A stretch of DNA of 21,182 nt from Toensbergia leucococca. Its lineage: Eukaryota. Location of the stretch: the NCBI GenBank assembly GCA_022813965.1, contig JALDZS010000045.1, forward strand, positions 124,001 to 145,182. The letters run 5' to 3'. Every line of letters begins with the position of its first letter. Positions within the stretch are counted from its first letter, which is position 1. The notes under the pieces are model-generated. The model made no database searches. It had not been told where the DNA came from and was given only the letters and a program-made list of their open reading frames with translations. The position numbers and the translations under genes were made by a program. Shown in pieces: positions 1 through 10,462 of the stretch.

Positions 1-181
1 AGAAGGTTGTATGAACTTTGAGATTACATGATACATTTCGCCTTCGTACAGTCGTTACTATGACTCCTACTTTAAAATTACACATACCTATCCCCACGTA
101 CTATAGCAGGGGATGGTAATTCCGGCATTTACTTAACAAAGTGAACAAATTCCCTGGTCGCCAGGACACACATGGTGTATA

Positions 182-2707
182 TCACCACCCCCATACCACC
201 CCGGCACCCACCACCATCCAAGCACCAACCCAGATCCCCAGCCACTTGTCCCATTTCCCTCCAGCCTCACCCGTAAACGCTTCGGCTGAAAGGGACGATG
301 AGGACGGGGATGGGGACGGCGACGAAGGCGAAGGTTTGAAACCAAACCCAGAATTAATGAAGCCCGCCAGCCCAGAAGAATTACGACTCGTCGCCAGCCC
401 AAAACTCAACGTACTCGATCCAACGACCAGTGCCGAGCTCCCAGGTGCTAGAGACACAGGAGTGCCGGAAATGGTGACTTCTCGGCCAGGTGTGAGGGTC
501 GTACCTGCTACCATGATTGGGGAGCCTTGGGGCGGGGAGGTGATTGTTTGGCCTGCGATGGTGGCGATGGCGAGATTAGCAGATGTTTGTTCGGACAACT
601 GGATTGTGCTGTCACCGACTACGATAGCGGAGCTACCCGAGAGGAGAGAGATGGTAGTGCCAGGGAATGTGACTGCCACACCAGGGTATAGGGTTGTGCC
701 TGCTATTATGATTGGAGAGCCTTGTGGTGGAAGGATGATTGTGTGACCTGCGATGGTAGCAATCGCGGTGGGGGAGGGTGGGAAGTAGGTTGGGATGGCC
801 AAAGTAACGCTGCTGCCAACTACGACACCATCATTATTGACAGTGACTTGGGTGCCAGCGATCGTGGCGGCTGACCCGCCCATGAAAAGAGAAATGTCGC
901 CGCCAACGGATACGTTTCTATTTGCGCTAGGATCGATGACGATGGAAGTGTTGCTGATACTTCCGGTAGTAGCTGATTGGGACTGGGCGCTTGGTACAGG
1001 TATCAAAAAGGGTAGAGGATCTGGGATTTGGGTCAGAGCAGATGATGCTGAGTTTGACGATGCTGGATCATATGATATCCCTTGATTATTTGGAATAATG
1101 GTAGGATATGACGAGGCCCATGAAGATATTGAAGACTGCAAAGGGTTGACTCTTTCTGGCGAAGATGATGCCGGAATAGAAAGGATCGGATCAACGGGAC
1201 TCCCTAGATCAATTGAAGAGATAGCGAGAGAAGTAGGTGTTTCCGAGGCATTGAACGATATCTTATGATCTACACGTGACGCTGCTGAATGGTTCGATAT
1301 TTGTATAGGGTCTGCATTTATCGGCGATGGTAAAGGTACAATTGAAGGATCTGTACTAGTTGGTACGGGTGGTGGTGGTGTCTTAGATGGTGGGTTTGAA
1401 AATGATTGTACAGGTTGCGGTGGTATTGGAGTCGGCGCAGATATTGGTGTAAGTACAGCTGCCCTGATCAAAGCGTGAGGAGGGTCGTAGAATCCTCCAA
1501 TCCCGTTGGGTTCACAACTCTGCCACAATGGATCCAAGCCTAACACTGCCTTTGGGACTTTGATGATCGGATGACAAGGATCTATGCCCCAGTACCCAAA
1601 AATGTCATCAAGCCGGTCAGTTGCAATGTATCGATAGCCAGACGCCGTCGAACAATTCCGTTTCAAGTCAGCGTAGTTGAGCTGCTTGGGGGGCCCGATT
1701 CGTGTACGGCAATCCCACCCTTTATCATCTTTGCCGACGATGGAGGAACAGGGCTGTAACGTGGAAAGTTCCGTGGGCCCGAAAGACAGCGTTGTGTTGA
1801 TGTAGACTTTCCCTAATTGCCCGCATAGATTGTTTGCAAGTATACTTGAAAAGCCAATGTAAACACTAGGAGAGGTACTACATGGTCGGTTAGCTTGTAG
1901 ATATTACTAGACTTGGTAGATTCCACGAACAAGGTGAATCCATTCGAGACGACCGTCGTCACATTGGCCAAGGATGCCGAAGCAGAAGTCGGCCAGAACA
2001 GAACCTGTACCGTTGAAGCTGTTATATTGCATGTACCACACTGCTGAATGTCAGCAGTTCTTTTGTTTACCACGTCTGTAGTATGACATACACATGGTGG
2101 CGAGGTAGCGAAATATGGACGGTCTCCAAGAATGGTCTCTGTAATGGAGGTTTCGACTAATGTACCCTGGGGGTTTGCGGCATTAGTTGTGGTATATTCC
2201 ACAGCGTTGGCGTGCATTGCAGCATATTGACTTGTATCTGTTGATTGGTATTGTGCGTTGCAGAGACTTGATAGAGACCCAGTCAAGGCTGCGTCAAAGG
2301 GTGGAATGGCGCCTGAATAGGTTGTTGTTTGACTATATATCAATGTTGTAGCGACTAAAGGCCCGTAGCTTGGGACATCCACAGTCCATGTCGTTGTTTG
2401 GGTGTTGGGGACCTTTAGGCTACCATTCCCGGAAGAGGCTAGAGGGGTGTCAGTCCAAGCTGTCAGGCATCTGCTTTTGCTTGTGGAAATATGTGTGTAA
2501 TATTCAGGCCTGAAATGCGCCACTAATCGGCTGAAAGCGATCTTGGAAGATTGAGAAATTTGCGCAAGGCGTGATAAGGGGGGTAGTTCTATGGCTACAG
2601 CCGCAATCGAAGTAAAGAGATCGGTACTTACTAAATTGTGCATGTGAAGCAAGGAACAAAGACCAGGACCATATGAAGATGGCGAGTAAACAAGATAGGG
2701 GGAACAT
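182..2707 (-). CDS. Secreted Ser/Thr/Pro-rich, probably GPI-anchored cell-wall protein with a Cys-containing N-terminal domain (~742 aa, 4 exons)
   Basis: Exons 2707-2632, 2438-2092, 2040-1931 and 1877-182 sum to 2229 nt. Introns: 2631-2439 GTAAGT..ACTGAC..TAG; 2091-2041 GTATGT..GCTGAC..CAG; 1930-1878 GTTCGT..GCTAAC..TAG. Signal peptide MFPLSCLLAIFIWSWSLFLASHA. Cys domain PPCCGTC..VLFWPT..GFTFTSPSVYIGF..LCG..NCST..DPCHP..DPLWQSC..YDPP, then an S/T/P stalk and a hydrophobic C-terminus (AFTGEAG..WLGIWVGAWMVVGAGVVWGW). Confidence 0.85.
400..767 (-). repeat. Intragenic tandem repeat, two copies of a 65-aa (195-nt) unit
   Basis: AIATIAGHTIILPPQGSPIIIAGTTLYPGVAVTFPGTTISLLSGSSAIVVGDSTIQL versus AIATIAGQTITSPPQGSPIMVAGTTLTPGREVTISGTPVSLAPGSSALVVGSSTLSF. 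CCTGCGATGGT recurs 195 nt apart on the + strand. Confidence 0.9.
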
Positions 2708-3362
2708 ATTTCCCAGTAGCGACTGCGTGGGTTCTCTTGAGTTATGAGAAAGCTCGAAGGCAAAGAATTTCAAATGGAAATTGATATAGTAAGTATATAA
2801 ACAATGGATGGTTTTGCATAAGGGAAAGAAGAGAAGAAAAGAGCGGACAGGTAGAGATATAAATTCGAACATCTTGTATTGCGTGGCCGCTGTCCGTGCC
2901 GTCAGACCTGGATCTATGCATGATATGAGGTTGTACAAGTTTCGAGGCATCCCATAAACATCGAGGCAGCATCAAATCTGATACTGAAGCAGAGTTTCAG
3001 CAAAGTTTGCACCACTCCACTGCATTTTAAAATTAAGATCAATCATTGTCCGGGGCCAGGACGACTGCTGTAATGCTTGACTTGATTTCTGATTCCATCA
3101 CTCTCACTCACACTTCACTTTATCTGGCAGCATATTGCACCCAACCATTGACTAGAAATCAACCCCATCCCTGACTAGAAAGGGACAGAGGGAACGTACC
3201 AGAATAACAAAGCCAACAAAGATCTACCATCAAAACAAAGATCACTTTTGACAAGATAGCTCGGGGTAGGTATCATAAGTATAGGTGCCCGATGAATACC
3301 AGCTTTGGACGTTGCTTGCCTTTCGTGAAACACCAATGTGTACTCTTCCTTGGCTGCATAAC

Positions 3363-5193
3363 CTACAACTTGGCCCTCGGGACGGGGGGCTTCGGTGTCA
3401 TTTCTTTTGCATCTGTTGCCGCCCAATCTCTCATCACTTTCCTTTGGATCTTCCCGCTCGCTGACTTTGGCACTTCTGCGATGAATTTGATCCCGCCGGC
3501 TAGTTGCTTGTGCTTTGCGACTTGCTGTCTTATCCATCTCTGAATACTATGCTCGGATGCCTTGCCTCTGGCCTCTTCTTTGAGTACAATATACGCTCGG
3601 GGAAGTTCTTCGTCCTCACTATCCATGTATTAGTAGGGTGTACAAGTCGAGGTTGGTCAATGATAAATACATATGCAAAGCAACAACAGCGACATCGGCA
3701 ACGTCTTCGTGTTCTAACAACACCGCTTCCAACTCAGCCGGAGCGACTTGGAACCCCTTTACTTTGATGAGTTCTTTTTTCCTGTCGACAATCCAGAAGA
3801 AGCCGTTGGCATCTCTCACGGCAACGTCTCCCGTCTTCAAGAAACCCTCGTCGTCAAATGTTTCCTTCGTCGCCTCTTGGTTCCTCCAATACCCAAGACA
3901 TAGATTTGGGCCACGGTAATATATTTCTCCTCGTTCTCCTTCTCCAACTTCCTTGCCATCATCATCAATTAATTTTATCTCCGAGTTCGGTTCAATGAGC
4001 CCAGCACTACCACTTTGGTCATCCATGCCGCCGGGGACGTGCAATGCCGAGCAAGTGACCTCAGTCATCCCATAAGACTGAACAATCTTCACATTATACC
4101 GAGACGACACTTCATTCTGTAGCTGTTTGGAAAGAGGAGCAGCGCCGCACAAGATGTTCTGGAGTGTGCTGAGGTTATAATTCTTCGTTTCAGGCCTTTT
4201 ACCGAGCAAGACAACAATTGGAGGGGCGGTTTGAAGATGTGTGATTCGGTGGTTTTGAATGTGTTCAAGGAATTGAATGAAGTTGAATGCCTTCATCATG
4301 TAGCAAGGACTAAGCGTCTTGCAGGCAGCGCCAATGGACCATAGCTGGCCGTACGCGTGATATAGCGGAAGGAATCCGAGCCATCGTTCTTGCGGTCGAG
4401 TAACAGGTGTGTAAGGTTGCTCTAAGTCGCGCATGAAGATTGACTGTTCGACGTTGGCGATGACGCCCCGATGGCTGATCATGACACCCTTGGGGAGGCC
4501 AGTCGTACTGTAAAATCCATTAACATGATGATTAACGGTAGTAAAAAAAGAAGTACCCTGAAGAGTAATTCAATACAGCCACTGTACTCTTTGATGCATC
4601 TTCATCAAGGTGTTTCCACTTCCACTCCTCCGAGTCCTGCAGAGAGCCAACAATGGTCCTCCAGTCCTTCACTCCATACACTGCATCGCATTCGTCGTCG
4701 GAAAAGAGAAAGATGCGGCTGCTTGGAAAAGAAGCTTTCGCAGCAGCCTTCAATGCGACGTCAAGAAGGCTCGGGTCGACAAGGATAAGCTTGGTCCCGG
4801 TATTTTCGATCTGGTATTGCACCTCTTGCCCTCATCAGCGGCCGAGAAGCACCATATCTCATCTTCTCCCTACTCACCCGCCACACCATAAGCAGGATTA
4901 CAGCCACTGAAAATGCAGCCACTCCCGGCGATGCCCAGATAGGCGACGGGCACAAAGACATGGTTGGTCGAGTACATCATGACAACGTCGCCTTGCAGCA
5001 GACCCTGCCTTTGTAGCCCATATCCTAGACGCTTGACCCATCCTAGCAGTTGTTTCGGTGATAGTGAGCGTCTTGTAGGCTCTACTGCGTCAATCCATAT
5101 AGGAATGTCTGATGGTGTTGAATCCGGAGGGAAAAGGTAGGTGAGAATATCGGTAGCGGGAATATCGATCTGGAATGGAGATTGTACAGGCAT
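3363..5193 (-). CDS. 4-coumarate-CoA ligase-like / phenylacetyl-CoA ligase-like AMP-binding enzyme, peroxisomal (558 aa, 4 exons)
   Basis: Exons 5193-4878, 4824-4557, 4507-3671 and 3618-3363 sum to 1677 nt; introns 4877-4825, 4556-4508 and 3670-3619. Splicing restores the AMP-binding motif YSSGTTGLPKGV. Also present: LPLYHAYG, QSYGMTE, GEIYYRGPN, LKTGD, IVDRKKELIKVKGFQVAPAELE, PKSASGKI. The C-terminal -AKL is a PTS1 signal. Confidence 0.95.
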
Positions 5194-5377
5194 GTTAAAG
5201 ACTGGGAGGATCTCTCGAGGAGACCGAGTGGACGGACGATGTAAAGAGAGCGGCTGGAATTGAGTGATGAGGGATCATCGAATCCTTCGTTCTTTGGAAT
5301 ACAAGACCAACATCTTCTCTGCCGTACCGCAACACGTCGGCAAATGATGGTAATTGCTCCCCCGCGCCGCAGTAGTC

Positions 5378-5436
5378 GGATTGCGGATTGGGGATTGGGG
5401 ATTGGGGGGTTTCACGGAGAGACGGAGAGCGGAGAA
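5378..5436. promoter_or_regulatory. Tandem GGATTG(C/G) heptamers (three CCAAT boxes on the - strand) followed by three CGGAGA direct repeats, in the divergent ligase/F-box promoter
   Basis: GGATTGC-GGATTGG-GGATTGG-GGATTGG at 5378-5405; CGGAGA at 5415, 5423 and 5430; about 185-240 bp upstream of the ligase ATG. Function is inferred only. Confidence 0.35.
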
Positions 5437-5684
5437 GAGGAAAGGGAGAATGACGTTATTCTACTCCGTACGGATACCTACGGGGCTAATTCTGCCGAGT
5501 TTCACATAGCACGTGACTCAAAGGAAACATTACAGCTACCTAGCGAGCCTAGTATGGAAAACTCGTATCTGTGATATGAGAGTAGATCACGGGCCTCCCA
5601 TCCTCTCCTCAAACATCTTACCAAGACCAAGAGACATTCAATTGAATCTCAGGAAACTTCAGAGATCCTCGGTGACTGCCCATC

Positions 5685-6686
5685 ATGAGACGTCCATCAC
5701 GGCCGTTGCCGCTTCCACCCGACATTTTTCTTCAAGTGCTTGAATGTATTACGGATGCTCCCAGTCTATTGGCCCTTCGCCTCGTCAATCAAACACTGTA
5801 TCGACTGATCAGCCACTATGAAGCCGTTCTCATTCCCCTCGTTACTACCAGGACTTATTCATGGCTTCCTGTATTCAATCATCCCTTGCCCGGGCCCGAG
5901 GTCAATACCTTGAAGTAGCTCCTACGCTTTGATCGCTTAGATCTTGCCCGCCAGGTCGGCCTGCATTTAGTGGCACATCAGAGGCTTACTCGCGACTGCG
6001 ATCATCTAGCCCCGGCCCCATTTGAACCCAGACTATGTCAACGTCTTGCGCATGGTCTTCTCATCTACCAGCAATATGAAGACATTACGAATGAGGCTAA
6101 AGTCATCGAGGGCAGGCGAAATGGATGGATATCAACTCTCTCTTCTTCATCCGATCATCTCTACAACACACTCTGTGCTAGCACAATGGGTGAAAAAACA
6201 GTCAATGTGCACCAAGCGAAATTTCTGTCAGGACTCTCCGCGATGGCCCTTTTCAATCTCGAGCTTGTGTTGTTCTTCCGCGATCAGAACATTTTAGGAA
6301 CCAACATGGCATGTCTAATATGCCGTAAACGCTATGATGAGACTGCAAAGTCTCGGACCAATGAAATGAATCCTGATCCAAGCTTCAGCAGCGGCGATCA
6401 AGAACAGATATCAATGTCAAGCGGGGACGATCAGGCAAAGCTTATATGTGAACAGATCGCCGCTCTGCCAGAATCGAAAAGAATTCAAATCTACGCTAGG
6501 AGGTTAGTGTCATCGGCAATTCCCTCTAGGATCCGTGATGTGCGTCCAAGAGAGCAATCCAAGGCAGACGAGTTCTTCAAAGATACTGAAAGGTTTTCGA
6601 GACTACACAGATCTCATGCTCGAGACCCCCGTAATCTATCTGGGCTTTCGCCCTCGTCACGAATCGTCCAAACTTTACCTCTATAG
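5685..6686 (+). pseudogene. F-box domain protein interrupted by a single in-frame TAG (pseudogene, or stop rescued by editing or splicing)
   Basis: N-terminal F-box-like LPLPPDIFLQVLECITDAPSLLALRLVNQTLYRLI. ORFs 5685-5918 and 5970-6686 are in the same frame. The only break is TAG at 5916-5918 (NTLK*LLRFDRLDLARQVGLHLVAH), giving 333 codons if read through. Confidence 0.7.
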
Positions 6687-6725
6687 AATGTGTGAAAAAG
6701 GACTAAAGATCTAGGGTCCAGCCTC

Positions 6726-7008
6726 TTAATAGTTCGCCTGTAGATAGCTACTTCTACATGGTTGAATTCTCGTCCAAATTATATGATAAATCAGTCCATG
6801 ACAGGCTGTTTCTTTGGCTGATTCAGCGTCTTTGAAGAAGGCCTTGTGGGCATGACTATCGGTGAATACGAGGGCTGGCTTGCAGGAAAAAGAAATGTTG
6901 GTCGAGAATGGATTAGACGGTGTTGACTCGGGAGCCGCAGGGGTAGATGAGAAGATTCCTGTTGAACAAAATGGAAATTGAGAAGAGAAATATTATTGTT
7001 TCACGCAT
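6726..7008 (-). pseudogene. Possible frameshifted small secreted protein gene
   Basis: TATATATA lies about 60 bp upstream of AAAACCATC-ATG (7008). MRETIIFLFSISILF looks like a signal peptide. Removing one base near 6963 continues into TGIFSSTPAAPESTPSNPFSTNISFSCKPALVFTDSHAHKAFFKDAESAKETACHGL..., ending at TAA 6728-6726. Confidence 0.3.
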
Positions 7009-7699
7009 GATGGTTTTAGGGACAGTGGTAGACAATTTACTATGTGACAGATTAGGGGTTGGTGGATATATATAAATTCGAAGCATGTTTGTGATAGTGG
7101 TGTTTGAAGGTTTGACGCCGACGGCCTGCATAGATGCGGCAGAAAGATGTTTCAATCTTTAACCCTTTTCTGCCCACGAAGCCCCGCCAGCAGTGTATCA
7201 GTGAAAATTGGATTACCTTCCTTTGGGAACTCTCCCTCGGTGTGTTTACACTTCGTACAATGTTCTGGAGTCACCATTCAAACGACCTTATTTGGGCCAT
7301 TTATCAACGCCAGCACTGACAACGGGAAATCAGAGTGCGATGAAGGCCTCGCGAGACCTTCCAATCAAAGGTTGGACTTTTGGAAAATGCTGACCATGTC
7401 TTCATAGTATCAATGAAATGCCGGTCAAGCTTCTATTTAATTGCCCTTCAATAAACCAACCCGTCAACTCCTCCTAACGCCATTAAACTTCCACTAAATA
7501 TTGACTTTCAATCTTGCTCTCAACTACCTACCTACACTCCCCACTACTCCCCGCTCCTCCCCATCCTCCTCCCACATCTACCTATCTTCCCCACATCCAC
7601 AACAGCCAAGACTAAACCGATAGACAATAGGTACCTAGCACCTCATCCCCCCCGCCCCCCTCAAAAAAAACAAAAAAACATCACTCACACCCAGAAAAA

Positions 7700-9078
7700 A
7701 TGACTCCCCTACCCTCCCTCCTAGCCCTCCTCACAACAACAACCCTCACAGCCCTCCTCTACAAACCCCTCTCCCTCCGCGCCGAACTCATCGGCCTCTG
7801 GAGACCCCTCCACAAAATCCAAGCCATCCACGGCCAAAACCTGCGCTTCATTCCCAACACGGTTCAATGCGAGGATCTGCACCATCACCGCGAGTCCAAT
7901 CGTTTGTTTGCGGCTTGCCAGGTTGAGGACGAGGTGCAGAAGAGGTTTGCGTGGTTTCCGCCTGTGGGGAATTTTAGAGATGAGGGGGCTGCGGGAAGGG
8001 GGGTTATTGTGGTTGTTGATCCGGAGGTGTGTGTTGATGGAATGGACCACTGAGAAATGAAATCTCTGCTTACCTTATTTTTTTCCGTCCGCACTAGACT
8101 TTCACCTCGCAGCACCTGGACCTCTCTGGTTTTTCTGGCCCTTTCGTCACCCATGGCATTGATATTTACAGTCCACCAACCGACCCAACTTCGGTCTACA
8201 TATTCGCAATTAACCACCTCCCCAATCCGGCATACTACAATCTCCTTTCCACCTCCCCCTCATCCCCAGCCCTGAAATCCACCCCAAAAGCCCATTCCCG
8301 CATTGAGCTTTTCTACCACACCATCGGCTCCCCCTCTGCAACCCACCTTCGCTCAATCCACCACCCCTTGATCCGTACCCCGAACGACGTCTATGCCACG
8401 AGCCCCACATCCTTTTACGTCACCAACGACCATCATTACCGGGAAGGCTTTTTGCGATTCATTGAAGACGTTGGTAGCCAGACCGTCGGCCCGTGGACAG
8501 ACACCGTTCACATCTCCCTTGCCAGCACCAAATCCACCCCGGACGCCTCGGCCGGGGTCAACGCGACAGTCGCCCTGTCCAAAATTCACAACAGCAATGG
8601 TCTCGGCCATGGTGCTACCGACGCCGAGATCCTTGTCACCGACTGTACAGGTGGAGTTCTCATGCGTACTGAAACACTTCCCTCATCCACTGCCCTGAAA
8701 ATCGTAGACCGTATTTACTTTCCCCAACCCCTCGATAATCCCTCCTTCTACTTGGACCCTTACCCCCACGTCAATGGCAACGCAAGCGGCTACATCATGG
8801 CAGGCTTAGCTCGCGCAATTGATCTGGGTCACAGCGCACTGGATCCGAAGGGGTTGGATCCAGTCATGGTCTGGCATGTCAAGCCTGCCGCGGCTGGGGC
8901 TTCGGAGCCGTGGGAGAAGAAACTTGTGTTTCAAGACAATGGGACTGTTATTCGGACGGCGAGTATTGGCGTGGTGGTGGGGATTGATCCGGAGAAGAAT
9001 AGGGGGAGGAAGCAGGGGTGGTTGTTTGTTACCGGGTTCTTCAGTAAGGGGATGGTGGCGACCAAGATTGATTTGTAG
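7700..9078 (+). CDS. Serum paraoxonase/arylesterase-like six-bladed beta-propeller hydrolase (lactonase/esterase family; 435 aa, 2 exons)
   Basis: Exons 7700-8026 and 8098-9078 sum to 1308 nt; intron 8027-8097 GTGTGT..CTAG. N-terminal hydrophobic anchor. Paraoxonase-type motifs CEDLHH, PFVTHGIDI, FAINH, IELF, IRTPNDV, FYVTNDH, NGL, LDNPS. Confidence 0.9.
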
Positions 9079-9322
9079 CGTTGAGTGGGAGGGCGGGCTT
9101 GGTTTTGGTAATGTGAATGTAAATATGGATGGAAATATGAGTATGGAGCGAATCACGGTGTTGGCTTTTGGTTCCAAATGGCAACGTGGGGGTCGAGTCT
9201 TGATCAGAGCGATGAGTGATGTTTTTAGAAGGCGGATGATTTAATTGGACGTCTTCATTGTGGATTTCTCCCAACCCATGATAGTGATGGATTCGAGACT
9301 TCAACCCAACGACCGTCTCCCC

Positions 9323-10462
9323 TTAGATTATAACAGCCGTCTCCCCAACATCAAGCAAGCCCAATTCTTCTCCCCACACCTTTCCAGCTTTCTCACAAAC
9401 CTCCCGGAAAAACCGAGGAGGTTCCGTGACTTCTTCAAAGTACTGACTTATTCCACCCCGCACTGTGCCCCAATGCATCCCGATACTCTTCCTGCTCTTC
9501 AGATCCTTGTGTATACAAAGGGCATCATCGGCGTTGGAATGTACGGGGGACATGAACTCTCGGGGAGCAGCGAGACCGATTGGTAAAAGGGCCAGGTCAA
9601 AGGGTCCGAATTTGTCTCCTATCTCGGCAAAGGTAGGACAGACGGGCACTTCGGACTCGGATGCGCCTGCTGGAACGTAGCGATAGCCTGTATCACCTGC
9701 GAAGTAGAGTTTGAACGTCCTCGGCTCCTGATCTTCTATGGAAAGAGTCGACTCTAGTACCCACGAGCTCCACAATGTAGACATGCGGTCAATGCCAGTC
9801 CTTCCTGAGAGATGTTGCGCAGGCGTACATGTCAAGGTCACGGAACCAATTTCAGGTACATCCACCCGTACACTCTCCCACCAATCTAAATCTGTAGCAT
9901 CTTCCTTGTCCACGCCCATCCCCTGAAGCCGTGCCGCATTGCCCAACGGAACCAGAAAATGTATCTTTCCCCGCCTGCGCTTGTAGATTTGCTGAATTGT
10001 GTTCAAGTCCATGTGATCGTAGTGGTCGTGCGAAATCACCACCAGGTCCACTTCCGGCACCTCTTCGAGAGTACAGGGTGTGGGGGTGTAACGCTTTGGT
10101 CCGAACCATTGCACTGGGCTTGTTCGCTCTGAGAAGACGGGGTCGAGGAGGAGTCGGATGCCTCTTTCTGCGCCCGTTGCCAGGGGGGTTTCGACAAGGA
10201 AGCTGGCGTGCCCGATCCAGGTGGCCTTCAAGCCTTGTTGGCCGATACCCCAGTCCGGAGTGCGGATGGGAACGAGCTGATCTCGTGGTGGGACTGGTTT
10301 GAAGTTGCGATTTCGGCGCGAGGTGAGGAAGGTGGCGAGGAGGGTTTGTTGATAGTACGAGGGCCAGGGGTTTATGAAGGAGGTTGGGGGGGTGTTGATG
10401 TGGTGAGAGGGTGGGGAGGCGGAGGGGTCCTTGTTGGGGAGTTTGGTGACGGTGATGGGCAT
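9323..10462 (-). CDS. Metallo-beta-lactamase-fold hydrolase, NAPE-PLD / FMP30-like (379 aa, intronless)
   Basis: Motifs F.NPWPS, TWIGHASFLVE, LLDPVFSERTSP, VISHDHYDHMD (HxHxDH), LDWWE, TPAQHLSGR, LWSSWV, YFAGDTGY, GPFDLALLPIG, SPVH, GMHWGT. Confidence 0.92.
   Translation of the reverse strand: MPITVTKLPNKDPSASPPSHHINTPPTSFINPWPSYYQQTLLATFLTSRRNRNFKPVPPRDQLVPIRTPDWGIGQQGLKATWIGHASFLVETPLATGAERGIRLLLDPVFSERTSPVQWFGPKRYTPTPCTLEEVPEVDLVVISHDHYDHMDLNTIQQIYKRRRGKIHFLVPLGNAARLQGMGVDKEDATDLDWWESVRVDVPEIGSVTLTCTPAQHLSGRTGIDRMSTLWSSWVLESTLSIEDQEPRTFKLYFAGDTGYRYVPAGASESEVPVCPTFAEIGDKFGPFDLALLPIGLAAPREFMSPVHSNADDALCIHKDLKSRKSIGMHWGTVRGGISQYFEEVTEPPRFFREVCEKAGKVWGEELGLLDVGETAVII

Noticed and set aside
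141..1085. Plus-strand ORFs 141-746 (201 aa, with repeats) and 795-1085
   Set aside because: Antisense shadows of the repeat-containing wall-protein gene; their repeats simply mirror the minus-strand repeats.
1660..1700. Suspected frameshift between ORFs 1813-2763 and 182-1666
   Set aside because: After removing intron 1930-1878 the frame is continuous (RIGPPKQLNYADLKRNC); no frameshift is needed.
2504..2975. ORFs 2504-2950 and 2742-2975, and the N-terminal extension of 1813-2763
   Set aside because: Only 2707-2632 (signal-peptide exon) is supported; the rest is leader or intron sequence.
3175..4961. Several short overlapping ORFs within the CoA-ligase locus
   Set aside because: Alternate-frame or antisense to a well-supported spliced gene.
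7134..7407. Three short overlapping plus-strand ORFs
   Set aside because: No recognisable motif, splice structure or coding bias.
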